Below, piece by piece: positions 1 to 13,281 of a stretch of DNA of 64,000 bases. The notes beneath the pieces are model-generated. The model made no database searches. It was not told where the DNA came from and worked only from the letters and a program-made list of their open reading frames with translations. This DNA comes from Okamejei kenojei (Eukaryota). The position numbers and the translations under genes are program-made. Within the stretch, counting starts at the first letter, position 1, and each line of letters starts with the position of its first letter. The stretch spans positions 23,064,001-23,128,000 of the forward strand of contig CM069135.1 of NCBI GenBank assembly GCA_035221665.1, given 5' to 3'.

Positions 1-269
1 TCTCATGGAGCAATGGGTGAAATAATCATTGATATTTATTCACAGGAAGGACAACTGAAGTGGAATGTGTAACAGGGCTGAGAAAAGCTTGAAAGTTGTT
101 CTGGGAACAGGGGGGACTGGGGAGGGATTGGGTGTGGCTTTGCGACTGGCTGCTTACCCCATTGCCACCAAGATCCTGACGCTTGATTACAAAGAGAGAG
201 GAATGAGCTATGAGGCGTTTCAGACATTGGACTATCACTGACAAAGTTTTCATCTTCCCACCAAAACAG

Positions 270-427
270 AGGAACAAGAGGAGTCGGCCTGCAACTTGTT
301 CATCTCCGAGCTGCGGAACATTCGCCTGCGGGTGGAGAACTGTGAGAAGCGGCTGATCCGTCAGATCCGGACCCCGCTCGAGCGAGACGATCTGCAGGAA
401 AGCGTGCAGAGAATCTCCGAGCAAGAG
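270..427 (+). CDS. DST: Plakin-domain exon ([53 protein letters not shown])
   Basis: acag|AG acceptor, GAG|gtcagt donor; overlaps ORF 296..493. Confidence 0.9.
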
Positions 428-1062
428 GTCAGTGTGAGGAGATCTCGCATAATCCGACGTTTGGTAACCCACAGCTGGATAGCGCTAGATTAATACCTTA
501 AAAAAAAACTTTATGGAGTTGCTGTTTGATAATTTTACTCTTAAAGTTTCACACAATGTTAAAGTGACTTTATCCTTAGTCACTCTAGATACTGGCCTCA
601 CACTTCAAGGCAGCATTTGTTGTCCATTCCAAAGTAATTTGACAGGAGAGCTTATTAAGGAGAATTTAAGAGGTTCTGATTCGCTAGGGGAAGGAAGGCA
701 GATTTTCTATCCCAAAGATATATTTGTAAATCAACTGGGCTTTTACAATGATCCACCATTGAAAGGGTCTCAACCCGAAACATCACCTACTCCTTCTCTC
801 CAGAGATGCTGCCTGACCCACTGAGTTACTCCAGCGTTTTGTGTCTATCTTCGCTATTAGCACTTCTTGCAGATTCCAGCAAATAGTAATAATAATAATT
901 TCCATGTTTTAATTACAAAGTTCTAACTCCAATCCATGCCCAATGGGATTTGTGGTTGCGATTTGTAGGTAAGTAACCCAGCACTGTAAATACTCAGTCA
1001 CTGCACAGGACTGGATAGAGTTTAGAGTCAGTGCATCTGTAATAGTCAGCCTGAGGATAGAA

Positions 1063-1420
1063 TGAAAGGCCTGGATAGAGTGAATGTGGAGAGGATGTTT
1101 CCACTAGTGGGAGTGTCTAGGACCAGAGGCCATAGCCTTAGAGTAAAAGGACGTACCTTTAGAAAGGAGATGAGGAGGAATTTCTTTAGTCAGAAGATGG
1201 TGAATCTGTGGAATTAATTGCCACAGACACCAGTGGAGGCCAGGTCAATGGATATTTATAAGATGGGGATTGACAGATTCTTGATTAGTACAGGTGTCGG
1301 GCGTTATGGGGCGCAGGAGAATGCGGTTGAGCAGGAAAGATAGATCAGCCACGATTGAGAGATGGAGTAGGCTTGATGGGCCAAATGGCCTAGTTCTGCT
1401 CCTCGAACATATGAACGTAT
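1063..1420 (+). mobile_element. CR1/HER1 LINE 3' fragment
   Basis: Encodes a decayed RT C-terminus (GLDRVNVERMFPLVG.SRTRGH.L); ends in gggccaaatggcct tail. Confidence 0.8.
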
Positions 1421-1452
1421 GACTGATTGCATTTGCATCTTTCTCTCACCAG

Positions 1453-1628
1453 AAGCTGAAGAGTGAACTGGAGGAGCTTATTGCGGACCTGGAGAAAGTA
1501 ACGGAGAAATGCGATAAATTCTTTGGTCAGGCCTCTTCATCTTCAGCTCCGACCCTGCGGACAGAGCTGAGTGTCGTGCTGCAGAATCTCAATCAAGTCC
1601 ACTCGCTCTCCTCTATTTATTTGGATAA
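1453..1628 (+). CDS. DST: Plakin-domain exon (KLKSELEELIADLEKVTEKCDKFFGQASSSSAPTLRTELSVVLQNLNQVHSLSSIYLDK)
   Basis: tcaccag|AAG acceptor, AA|gtaagg donor (phase 2); conserved PTLRxEL motif. Confidence 0.9.
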
Positions 1629-2650
1629 GTAAGGCTTCAAACCTCACAAATGTCATCGTCCTAGACAAGCTGACGGTGCAATAATTTGTACTGCTTTTCA
1701 TTTGGAAATTAATGAGACTTGCAAGCTACCGTCACATTGGTGGACTGGCATTAACTGTACTTTAATTTTGCATCTTTGCAAAAGTCATTGCACAAATAAA
1801 TTAGGTACAAAAAGGGAATTTCCACCCAGTATCCATAATGGCATGGAACCCTATGGAACCCTGGGTCTGAGCCATGAAGCTTTCCATCACAGAGGCAGAG
1901 TGGTTTCTCTCTCTCTGTGCATGCTGGGTGAAGAAGGGTCCATCCATCACAGACAGTCAGTTTGTTCAGGAATGCCCACTGTTGTCCAATGTGCCTTGAG
2001 TTGTAAAGGGCTTAGTATATTAAAAGCTAAGCCTGGTTTATAATGCGTGTGTGATTGTGTTTCCAGAAAATCTTGTACATATTTTCTTGTTGCCCACATT
2101 ATTTTAGCCACTGAATAACTATCCATTTCAGGGGCGTGAAAGTATCTGAGCTATATCTGTCATTATAAATGACATTACGGATTTTGCTGTCGGTTTGCTT
2201 TACTTTGTTTTTGTCTGGAACCGAGCGCGGTGGCTTTAGATTCAGGAGTTGCCTCTGATCAAATTCACAAACAATTGTTGTTGTTGTTTTTGTTTCGTGC
2301 CCCTCTGTTTTTGAGGGGGGGGAGGGCTGGGGGTTGGGAGATAGACTCAACACTGAGGCGAAATAAAAACACAGTTGCTCGATAAACACTCAGCAGATCA
2401 GTCAGCATCTGCGGGAAGAAATACAGAGTTAATGTTTCAAGTCTGAGGCCCTTCTCCACATGTGTGCGGCCACTGTGAATCTACAATAGTCAGCATGAGG
2501 AAGGAAGTGAATGGCTCTCCTTGCACCCTGCGTTCCAGGGAGAACAAAAATGGTGCTGTGCCCTGAGAGGGATGGCCGCATTCTCCCTGCACTAAGTCTC
2601 TGGTCAGGTAACTGTGGGTTCGACATGCACCAAAACATTATCTTTTCACA

Positions 2651-2935
2651 AGGGCGGCACGGTGGCGCAGCGGTAGAGTTGCTGCCTCACAGCACCAGAG
2701 GCCCGGGTTCAATTATGACCACAGGTGCCGTCTGTACGGAGTTTGGACATTCTCCCCGTGACCTGTGTGGGTTTCTTCTGATGCTCCAGTTTCCACCCAC
2801 ACTCCAAAGACGTCATTGGCCTTGTTACAGTTGTAAGTTGTCCCTAGTGTGTGTCGGGTAGTGTTAGCGTGAGGGGAGCGTTGGTCGGCGCGGACTGGGT
2901 GGGCCGAAGGGCCTGTTTCTGCGCTGTATCTCTCA
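2651..2935 (+). mobile_element. HE1-type tRNA-derived V-SINE
   Basis: ggcggcacggtggcgcagcggtag head, conserved ttctccccgtgacc core, gggccgaagggcctgtttc tail shared with CR1/HER1. Confidence 0.8.
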
Positions 2936-3077
2936 TCTAATGGCATTCTGGTTCTGTTGATCAGTGCGACCATAAATGGAGTTTCCCACGACAACGGCAG
3001 GGATACATCTGAACATTACGGAGTGTTGACAACTGTTTTCAGCAGAAGCCTAAAGCGAGCTTTGTTTCCAACCGCAG

Positions 3078-3216
3078 GTTGAAGACTGTCAATTTGATTG
3101 TCAAAAACACTCAAGGAGCAGAGGCTCTTGTTAAGCAATATGAGACCAAACTGGGAGAGGAGGATGCCGTGCCCCCTGACCCAGAGGCCATTCGGTCTCT
3201 GCAGAATACACTGAAG
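3078..3216 (+). CDS. DST: Plakin-domain exon ([46 protein letters not shown])
   Basis: ccgcag|G acceptor completes the phase-2 codon; AAG|gtaatg donor. Confidence 0.9.
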
Positions 3217-3749
3217 GTAATGAAAAGTTCTCTTCCCACATCTTGAAACTTGGAAAAGTTACATAACATTTTATAACATTGTCATTGTTCATTGTTACAA
3301 CCTCCCCCTATCTCCCCCTATCCCAGCTTCTCTATCTGACCCATTCTGTAACACATCTTTTCCACTCTTTGGGTAAATTGATTTTTTTCCTGAATACCTT
3401 ATCGGAGAGTCTGCAAGATTTTAGTTTTGTCCCAACGATAAATGGCACCTTCGCTCAGTCTACCATTTAGAATGCATTCCTAATATTAAGCCACCCACCA
3501 TCCTGTCCTGGAATTATTTTACTGTTCCTTTTGGAACGCTCTCCCACACCTCAAGTTCTGCCGTGGTTCAACAAGGGCAATTATGGACCTTCTCAAGGGC
3601 AATTATGGACGGGAAGAATAAATGCTGGCTCAGCCTGTGATGCCCAGATCCCTTTAATCCATGAATAAAAATGCCACCCCTTTAGAGCTCCACAGTGAAT
3701 CCAGTGTTTACATGTATCCTCATGACTGCTGCGTTTAACTCCTCACCAG

Positions 3750-3943
3750 CAATGGCGCACAGAGGTGGACGAGAAGCGGGAAGTCTTCCATTTGCTGGAA
3801 GACGAGCTGCAGAAAGGCAAGGCTGTCAGCGAAAGGATGCTGAGGACCCACAACGAGCGTGACATGGACATGGATTGGCACAAGGAGAAGGCTGTTCAGT
3901 TGGCTGAGAGATGGGAGAGCATTCGCTCCCAAATTGACAACAG
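3750..3943 (+). CDS. DST: Plakin-domain exon ([65 protein letters not shown])
   Basis: caccag|CAA acceptor, AG|gtcagt donor; ORF 3765..4025. Confidence 0.9.
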
Positions 3944-4061
3944 GTCAGTCCTGGCTATAACTGGTACAGTTGGCTGTGTCTCGTTAAAAAGCTCCCACTC
4001 GTTCAGTGAAATGATGACTGGCTAGTGATTGAAAATCGTAGTGTTCTACAGGATACGACAA

Positions 4062-4350
4062 GGGGACATGGTGGCGCAACGGTAGATTTGCTGCCTTACA
4101 GTGCCACAGACGCTGGTTTGTTCACCATGAGTGCTGCCTGCATGGAATTTGTACGTTCTCCCTGTAGGTTTTCTCCAGCTGCTCCGGTTTCCTCCCACAC
4201 TCCAAAGACATATAGGTTTGTAGGTTAATTGGCTTCTGTATGTTGTAAATTGTCCCTTGTATATCGGATAGTTCTAGTGTAGTGTAGTATGCTAGTGCAA
4301 GTGACCGTTGGTCGGTGTGGACACAAGGGCCTGTTCCCATGCTGTATCTC
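4062..4350 (+). mobile_element. HE1-type SINE
   Basis: Same head, core and tail as the 2651 copy. Confidence 0.75.
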
Positions 4351-4967
4351 CAAAGAGCCAAGGACCAGGCAAACATTGCACAGCCTCATACAACCCTAAG
4401 GATGACGAGCAGTTGCGTATACACAGCACCTTTTGACACTTCAATGCATCCCACAGCAATGCAGGCATGTTTTATTTGCCCGAGGCCTAAATATCCCAAA
4501 TAGCGTAGAGTAGCAAAGTGAGCCAAATAAAACCATGATTAGGACAGAGCTAGTGTACAGTTTTGGTCGGCAGCTCACAAGAAAAATGAGATGTCACGAG
4601 GGTACATAGGAGATGTAGAAACGTACCATTAGAGCTGGAAGGTTTTTTGAGATGAAGGAAAGTAATCTGGGGTTATTTCATCCGGAAATTGGCTTGGGTC
4701 GTGCCAATGTATTGGGGCCAAATTGGGATGCCCTGATGGAGTGGGCAGCGAGGATATAATTTCCATAATCAGAGGTTAATGATAATTGGAAGGCAGGAAG
4801 GTGGATTTCAAGGAATTCAGTCGATTATTTTTTAAAATATGTAGTGTACGGTATTGCACATTGGAATCGAGGTCATTTGCCACTCGGCTGGAACTATAAT
4901 GATGGGATCTGGGAGGGTTGTTGCTGCAGAAACAAAGCCAGCGGTCGGTTGTACTCTCTGCTTTCAG

Positions 4968-5130
4968 ACTGCATGAGCTCGATGGAATCAGCACGTCCCT
5001 GAGCTGCTACAGAGACTGTAACAAAGACCTCTATCGGTGGATCCAAGAAATGGAAGCCAACCAACAGAAGATGCAAGAACATCAGCCCGAAGATATCCGA
5101 GCCCTCGCAGATGAACTCCATCAACAAAAG
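4968..5130 (+). CDS. DST: Plakin-domain exon (LHELDGISTSLSCYRDCNKDLYRWIQEMEANQQKMQEHQPEDIRALADELHQQK)
   Basis: ctttcag|A acceptor, AAG|gtaacc donor; ORF 4918..5163. Confidence 0.88.
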
Positions 5131-5145
5131 GTAACCGGCTTATCG

Positions 5146-5360
5146 TATAGGAAGGAACTATAGATGCTGGTTTATACCGATGATAGGCGCAAAGTGCTGA
5201 AGCAACTCAGCGGATCAGGCAGCATCTCTGGAGACCAGGAATAGGTGACATTTCAGGTCTAAAGAAGGGTTCCAACCTGAAACATCGCCTATTACTTTTC
5301 ACCAGAGATGCTGCCTGACCCGTTGATTTACTCCAGCATTTTGTGTCTGTAACCAGCTTA
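5146..5360. mobile_element. Penelope-like element remnant: inverted pLTR pair
   Basis: ctcagcggatcaggcagcatctctgg is inverted relative to ccagagatgctgcctgacccgttga; degenerate hammerhead core between them. Confidence 0.6.
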
Positions 5361-6110
5361 TTAACAATTCTCGCTGGCGGTCAGCTTGGATACAAGTTGT
5401 AACCCTTGCTGACTGTGGCCAACCCAAGTAAGATCAGAGCCCAAACATCCACTGTCTGACCCAGACCAGAACCACCCAATCTGTCTATCGCCATGACCAT
5501 AACAACCTCAAACATGCTGCTGACCTGTATGAAGGTGAAACGTCAAATAAATTCACTTTCTCAAAGTTACTTTCTTACAACGTAGACTATTCTGACCTGG
5601 ATAAATCGCAAGCCCAAGCTGACCCAACCTGGTCCCAAATATTTAATCAGAGAACACCCCTGACTCGATTATAACATGATGTGAGGTTGTATCCTAAGGG
5701 ACAATAGACGCAGGGGTAGGCCATTCGGCCCCTCGGAGCAGCGCTGACATTCAATGTGATCATGACTGAGGCAGGCTGACAGCATGTTCACTTGGGTTAC
5801 TTTCAGTGTACTGCAGCACATTCACTGCTTACATCTCCAAGTCCACTGTAAGGTAGAAACCAGCCAGCTTGGGTGACCAGTGTACAAAGCACCCCTGAGT
5901 GTGTGTCGGGGTCTGAATGAGAACTGCCTAGATTCGGAAGCATTGCTAATTACACTGAATTGTTGAACAAACCAATTAAATAAATTAGTTAAATGGTCGA
6001 TCAGTACCAAATGTATGGAAACATTTCAGAAGCAACCATTCAACCAAATAAGAAAGAAATACAGGAATTAGCAACTTGCCACGATTGAATATATGCCCTT
6101 GTGTTTGCAG

Positions 6111-6194
6111 ATGTTGGCTTCTGAGGTTGAAATGAAACAGGGGAAAATGGACGAATGTCAGAAGTATTCAGAGGGATACTCCTCTGCTGTAAAG
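6111..6194 (+). CDS. DST: Plakin-domain exon ([28 protein letters not shown])
   Basis: tttgcag|ATG acceptor, AAG|gtaaag donor; 84 nt, in frame. Confidence 0.9.
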
Positions 6195-6670
6195 GTAAAG
6201 TTGGAAATTCTGTTGGGAGTCAAATGGATTACTGAAAGGTTAATATAAGGTAAAGCTATAACTCTTTTGTGGGAACACGTAAAAATCAATGTTTCCTAAA
6301 CTGGTGTTAACGGATTTAAGGTATTTGTGAGGGAGGAGATGTTGCCTATCCATGTTTCCCCTGAGATGCTGCCTGACCCTCTGAGCTACACCAGCATTCA
6401 GTGTATTTGTCGTGAATTATGTGCTCGGCTTTCTGTTGATGTCGTACCAACGTGAGAGACCCGACCAAGAGGCATGACCGTGACCCTCATTGAATGATGA
6501 AGAATGAATTGCACTCTGAGCTCTGTTGTCTCCAGTAGTTGTTAGAGCTAAGCTTTGTTCGAAACATGAAGCGCCATCAGCGGGATTGTTGGTGTTCCGC
6601 AGCTGGGTTCTGGTGGTAATGCTGTAGTGCAGTTTAAAGTGAACTGTTGCCTCTTTTTTCTCATTTGCAG

Positions 6671-6778
6671 GAATATGAGCTTCAGCTGATGACTTACAAA
6701 GCCATGGTGGACTCCCAGCAGAAATCGCCAGTCAAGCGGCGCCGGATGCAGAGCTCATCAGACATCATTGTACAAGAG
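6671..6778 (+). CDS. DST: Plakin-domain exon containing the basic PVKRRR NLS-like motif ([36 protein letters not shown])
   Basis: tttgcag|GAA acceptor, GAG|gtggcc donor; ORF 6647..6865. Confidence 0.92.
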
Positions 6779-8244
6779 GTGGCCAATGTTAACTTCATTC
6801 ATCTCATTCCATTGACACCCTTAGGTCGTTCTCCATGGAACAGAGAAAGTCAAGGGGAGATATAATGAAACAATTCAAAACCTTCAAAGATCCAGATGAG
6901 CACCTTTCATCCTAAAGGGTAGTTCTTATCCCGAAGTCATGGGTTTAAGATGAGTGCACAAGAACCATAGTGGAGGAGAGGATTTATTTTGCGCAGTGAG
7001 TTATTTCAAACCAAAAGGACAGTGGAAACGCTCAAAAGGGATTTGGGTAAAGTTCCTTGGGTGGCACGGTGGTGCAGTGGTTAGTGAGGCGGCTTCACAT
7101 CTGCAAGGACCCAGGTTCGATTCTGACCTCGGGTGCTGTTTGGGGGGAGTTTGCACGTTCTACCTGGGTGCGCCCACTTCACGGAGATGTGCTGGTAAGT
7201 TAATAGTCTGCTGGAAATGACCTCTTATTACAGGTAAGTGGCAAAAGAATCACAGAGTTGATTTTGTGAGTGAAATGAACTTGCAAGACCCCAGGAAAAT
7301 AGGAGAGGGGGAATAGGATTGATGGAATTCCTTTGCTGTGGTCAGTATGGACCTATGGGGAGAATTCATTACATAGCTAAAATAGAAAACCATTTTAGTG
7401 ATATAGAGCAGAAACCAAGGACCAGGCAAACATAGAAACATATAAAGATAGAAAGTAGGTGCAGGAGTAGGCCATTCGGCCCCTTGGCTGATCATCCAGA
7501 ATCAGTACCCAGTGAATTGGCCTTCTGTGGCAGGGAATTCCACAGATTCACAACTCTCTGGTTGAAAAAGTTTTTCTTCATCTCAGTCCTATTCTTAAAC
7601 AGTGACCAAAGTGGATGCTACCTTTAAATTCAATGTAAGCACAATAGCAGCCTTCTGTCCCTGCGAAGGCCAGATGCATCGTAAAGTGAAAGACCTTGGA
7701 TGGAAAGTAATGTTTTCTAAGCAAGTCCTTATTGGAGCAATGATTTATATTTATGAACTTTAAATTGCAGGACAGCACTGGCCAGCTGAGCGCTGTAAAC
7801 GTGGTGAATGCTCCAAGTGTAATAAACTGCAGGCAGTCAATTAGATAGCTGAGGAGATCGTATCTTTCATTAGAGACAGGTTTCTTATACTTTGAGCCTG
7901 AGTAATTCCAATGCCAACCATTCCGACCAACATTTGGAACCCATGTAATGATCATTGCTAATCATGTACTTAGTTACTGCACTACAATGTGCCAAAGAAT
8001 TCTCTGCCAACTGGATTGAGCTGCGGGGGGGAATGATTGGGAAATTTGAGATACCTGTTCTGCCTTCATTCGCTTTATATCGCCCTAAGCTAAATAAGAA
8101 TTTCCACTTTTCCACCGCACCTTATAAAATTAGCTGGACTTTAGTTCAAACAAGACGATTTCCCATACACCTTTTCTATCTTGACCTGTGCTGTCAGTAC
8201 ACCAATAAACGATTTATCGAAATTCAGGGATCAGTTTAATGTGA

Positions 8245-8683
8245 TATAGAAACATAGAAAATAGGTGCAGGAGGAGGCCATTCGACCCTTCGAGCCAGCA
8301 CCGCCATTCATTGTGATCATGGCTCATCGTCCCCTATCAATAACCCGTGCCTGCCTTCTCTCCGTACCCCTTGACTCCACTAGCCCCCAGAGCTCTATCT
8401 AACTCTCTCTTAAATCCATCCAGTGACTTGGCCTCCACTGCCCTCTGTGGCAGGGAATTCCATAAATTCACAACTCTCTGGGTGAAAAAGTTTTTCTCAC
8501 CTCAGTCTTAAATGACCTCCCCTTTATTCTAAGACTGTGACCCCTGGTTCTGGACTCGCCCCACATTGGGAACATTTTTCCTGCATCTAGCTGGTCCAGT
8601 CCTTTTATAATTTTATATGTTTCTATAAGATATCCCCTCATCCTTCCAAACTCCAGTGAATACAAGCCTAGTCTTGTCAATCT
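8245..8683 (-). mobile_element. CR1/HER1 LINE 3' fragment
   Basis: ORF 8468..8680 RLGLYSLEFGRMRGYLIETYKIIKG...SRTRGHSL; (atagaaac)n tail. Confidence 0.85.
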
Positions 8684-8749
8684 TTGTCCATGAGAGGTAG
8701 AAACGTTGGATGTTCTGCCTTGATATTGAGATATTCCACACCTTAGACT

Positions 8750-9073
8750 AGTTTAGTTTAGAGACACAGCGTGGAAGCAGACCCTTTAGCCTTCCGAGTC
8801 CACACCGACCACCGATCACCCATTCACACTGGTTCCATGTTATCCTACTCTCTCAACAACTCCCTACACACTCGGGGCAATTTACAGAAGCCAATTAACC
8901 TACAAAGGAGCACATCTTTGGAATGACCGGGTAAACCGGAGCACTCAGAGAAAACCCATGCGGTCGCAGGGAGAACGTACAAACTCCACACGGACAGCAC
9001 CCATAGTCAGGATCGAACCCGGGTCTCTGTCGCTGTCAGGCAGCAGCCCTATCGCTGCACCACCGTGCTGTCC
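8750..9073 (-). mobile_element. HE1-type SINE
   Basis: Reverse complement of the family, with (gttta)n tail. Confidence 0.78.
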
Positions 9074-9350
9074 TGCTTCAGTGAGAGAAGTGGCTGGAAA
9101 TTTCATGACCGAGGCCTGTCTTTACAGCGAAGGAACACTGTTTAAGAGGCACTGGCTAGGACCTCTTTGACTTTTCCAATGTTCTAAGGTAAGATACCTC
9201 AGAAGAGGATAGTTGGAAGTTGGGAATGAACCCTTTCCTGACAGATTGTCCCAAGCACTCATCCACCTGAAGCTCGAGCTGCATTTAACGGTGGTTGACA
9301 CAGTGGACTGCATTAACTTTGGTGTCACATTGTATTGTGTCCCTCTGCAG

Positions 9351-9449
9351 TTCATGGACCTGCGCACACGCTACACTGCTCTGGTTACCCTGATGATGCA
9401 ATACGTGAAGTTTGCCAGCGATGCCTTAAAAAGATCAGAGGACGAAGAG
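9351..9449 (+). CDS. DST: Last plakin-domain exon ([33 protein letters not shown]); branch point between e and a/b isoforms
   Basis: ctctgcag|TTC acceptor, GAG|gtaaga donor; [14 protein letters not shown] is the DST/MACF1 signature. Confidence 0.93.
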
Positions 9450-9682
9450 GTAAGAACTTCCACAAACACGGAGGGAAGGTTAGCGCACTCTAAATGGAAT
9501 TTCAACCAATGAGGTGGTTTTTTTTAAAATCAGGAGATAAACTTCATTAAGAGGGTATTCAGAGTTTGTGTACGCTGGAGCGTCTGATGGGCGGGAGGTT
9601 GGGATATTGGCCGCACTGCTTTGTTACCAAGAGGGATTCCAAGCATTGTTCTTTGCATTTTGAGGTAGGGAATGTGGGGTAA

Positions 9683-10199
9683 TGGGCCTGTCCCACTTGG
9701 GCGACCTAATCCGCAAGTTCTGGCCAGTTTGCCCTCGACTCATACTCGCAGCATGGTCGACACGAGGTCGTAGGAGGTCTTCATAATTCTCCTTCATGCT
9801 GGAGAGTGGTCTCCATGTACTCGAGGCCTCAGCTAGGTCGCGGCGGTTTTTTCAATAGGTTAAAAAATGCCCGCGAGTAAGAAAAGGTCGCCATGGAAAA
9901 AATTGATATTTATTTACTCGTAGGTTTAGTCGTAGTAGGTCATAGTAGGTCGGCATGTTAGTCGTAGGTGATCGAGGATAGTCATAGATAATCATCATAG
10001 TCGAAGGAGATCGAAGGAAGTCGTCTTCACTCTCCACTATTCGGCGTCCAATTTTCCCGAAGTTAGTCATAGCTCGTCGAAGCTAGTCTGCAACATGGTC
10101 GATGGAGGTCTTCTACATAGTCGAAGGAGGTCTTCAACATGTCATTTTTTCAAACTCTTCTGAACTCGCCAATTAGGTCACCCAAGTGGGACAGCCCCT
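9683..10199. mobile_element. PIF/Harbinger MITE, related family
   Basis: TIRs gggcctgtcccacttgggcgacctaat / attaggtcacccaagtgggacagcccc; TAA and TTA flanks; internal gtcgtag-type repeats. Confidence 0.72.
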
Positions 10200-13100
10200 T
10201 TAAGTGGAGGGAGCATCTGTGTACTTTGCTACAGCAGCCTTGAGAAGCACCTTGGACTGAAGGCCACTGCCAGGAGTGGTTTGGCTGTTGCTCTCCTCCA
10301 CAGCTGTAAACCATGCAAGGTGTGGATTCATTTATTAACATGCAAAGGATAGAATTAGAAGGTGTCCAAAAACAGAGCGAGCTCTTCTGCAGCCCTCCTT
10401 CGGGGGAGCTTGGAGACGTTATATAGTAGGGTTGGAGAGGGGGTGGGGGCGGGGGTGGGGGGGGGGGGGGTGAACGGAATTGATGGTTTGGTCAGAGTGA
10501 AAAATTCAACATCATCTCTGAACCTTGTCGCAAGCTTGAAAGTCAGAACTGGAAAATATAAATCAGTGGTACAATTTGTACATGAGGGAAGGTGGGTTTA
10601 TTTCTGATATATAAATGGTCACTACAGTGATGGAGATTATATCCTTTCAGAGAAAATTGGGTTCAACAATGGTGTGATGTTGCATGGGGTGGGATAGGGG
10701 AGTAGGATGCTGGCGTTGAGTGAATGTCAGGTCTGTGTTCGGGAGTTTATATTACTGGTGTGATGCTGCCATCTGCTAGTTATTTGTGGTAATAGCAGCC
10801 TTTCTGATTTCTACCTGCGGACAATACTATGGTGGTGCTTCCTAAGCTGGGTGCCTGCTCACACTCATCCTTGCCTCAGTCGGTGACTGTGCGGCAATTA
10901 GTAGCAATACAGTCAGGTGTGACTTCAATTTAAGCTTCAGTGGGGACAACCTTTGGTTGTAATTACTGCTGAGTCTTTTTTTTAAATCAAAGATCTTGCC
11001 CGATTTTTATTTGTTTCAGTATTAGAACTGATATGCCATCCAGCATCATTGACCATAACACTTGGTAAACCTTACGCATTTGGCCAACATTTCAGATGTG
11101 TAAAATAATCCATGACATTGATATTCCATAATGGGCAACTTCATGTTTAAAAGTCAACCAATATTAAATAATTGCGTTTCCTCTTGACTGATATAGTTTC
11201 AGCCTCAAAAACAGAATTTACAATCATAATACTGCTTCATTTCATGCAGAGTGTTTGTATGCGTGTGTGTGGCGTGCATGTGCGCACTAACACTTTACAT
11301 GCATTTCTGCCTGCACTAATTTAAAAATAATCAAAGATTTGAATGAATCTAACAAATGAGAGTGGACCGACTCATTTCCATTCTGTTGAGATCTCTTTCT
11401 GCACTGTATCTCCACTCTGAACTAAACTGAAATCAGGTTGAAAGATTTGTCAAAAGTCAACATTAATGGTGGATGTTTCCACCTAGACAAAGAGGTGCAC
11501 CCAGGAGTTGCTGAAATCCACGCAGCCTATATAAGAGAATCCAAAATATTTGTTCAGGAGGATTGCAATTGCATAATGTAATGCATTTACACTTGAGTTC
11601 AACATTGCAGAACATGTGAATGGTTTCCTTCATTGCCTGAATAGAGCAAAGAGTGTAATTCACCATGGAGTGTGACCAGCTCGTTGGTCAGTGCACCAAG
11701 TGCAGCCTGTTTTGTGGTGTGCTGTGCAGCACTCGGACTGCTTCAGGCTCTGAGATGCCACTCTACTGCTGCATGGTACTGGGAAATGGCTAATCGCTGC
11801 AACGCCAGGTATCATACCCCTGGGAACTCTGCAGCTCTATGTACAGGACTCTGAGGCGTGGACCATAATGCCCTATGAGAACACTGCCCTCACCAGGGCG
11901 GGCCTGTTTACTTGAGGAACTCCATCCACTTCTGTAGAAGCCAGGGCCCTCCGCTTAGCCTTGTACTCAGGTGGAGTGGAGGCAGACTGTGGTCTGAGTT
12001 CTTCAGGATGACCTTTATGTGTTCAGTTTAGTTTATTGCCGTATGTCCCGAAGTACGGTGAAAAGCTTTTGTTGCGTGCTATCCAGTCAGCAACAAGACA
12101 ATACAGGATTACAATTGAGCCAAGTGGAGCAAGGTGAAGCCAGCAAAGGATAGTCCGAGGGTCACCAATGAGGTAGATAGTAGATCAGCCATCCAAATGT
12201 GTTTTACCACCCAAAGTGTTTGCAATACCAATTACAATATGGGTACGAAAGGAGTGGATTTAACAATGCATGTGCGTAAAGGTACTGTATTTGTCATTCT
12301 TATGATTAACATGTTTGTCACGATTATTTGGAACAGAGACTCGCAAAACTAGTGGAGAGAGTGATCTGCGTTCAACCCATGCACATTAATTGTAATGTCC
12401 ACTGACGTTGCACATTTTGGTTTTATTTTTCCTCTTCATGGGAAACTCTGACAGGCTCGGCTAGCAGCTGGTTGTAAATTTTCTTTAAGAAGTGTTCAAA
12501 GACATTTATAAAGCTTGTCCAATTCTCATGTGTGAAAGCCGTATCCTGACTCGGGACACGAGTGGCCATTCCTCCATCGTTGGTGGCACATCGTCGTGGG
12601 AGCGCTCTCACGGCTTGGAAGTTCAGGAACAAGGTTTGGCGCCACCTTCCCAACCAGGGAATGGCAGCAAATTACAACCGTGCCCCGAGAATGAAAAATA
12701 AGTCAAATGTTTGCGACTGTTGACAGTTGACGTGCAGAGTATACTTTACGTGACGCTTCATAGTTATCACATTTGAACGTGTTCTTGCTGTTTTTCTGTT
12801 TTTTCCCCAAACCACTGCTGGGTAGCTGAACCAGGTGGATGATGCCGCGTTTAACCATGGGGTAAATGATTCTTTCTAAAAGGTGATGGCGCAGAATATA
12901 ATGGACCCTTATGGCGTCTACTTGTTATAAAATGTTTCAATTTTTAACTTGAACAGTAAATTTGACTTGTGGAAAACCTCAAACATGTTTGAGTTTTTTC
13001 ACGAGGTGACATGTTACACGGGTACCTGCCGTTAGCGCCACGAGTCGCTAAGTTGCGCGCGCGAGTTCCGACGTTCCCGCTACGAGTGAAAACTCGGGAT

Positions 13101-13281
13101 CCCTCGTGGGTCAACTCGCACCGTGAGACAGGGCTTATACCATTTTACTTAGAATACTTATGTAAGCAAATAGATTTTTCCCATTTTTATGTTGTCAGTT
13201 CACAAAATTTGACGTTGTACCTTCCCTGTACTCCCCACCCCCGCTTGTGACTCACTAAGCACTTGGTTTTATTTGTGTTAG

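Noticed and set aside
2651-2725. tRNA-like sequences
   Set aside because: These are SINE heads followed by the V-SINE core, not tRNA genes.
9935-10135. Recurring gtcgtag/agtcgaagg units suggesting a CRISPR-like array
   Set aside because: Irregular internal repeats of a MITE in a vertebrate intron, with no repeat-spacer periodicity.
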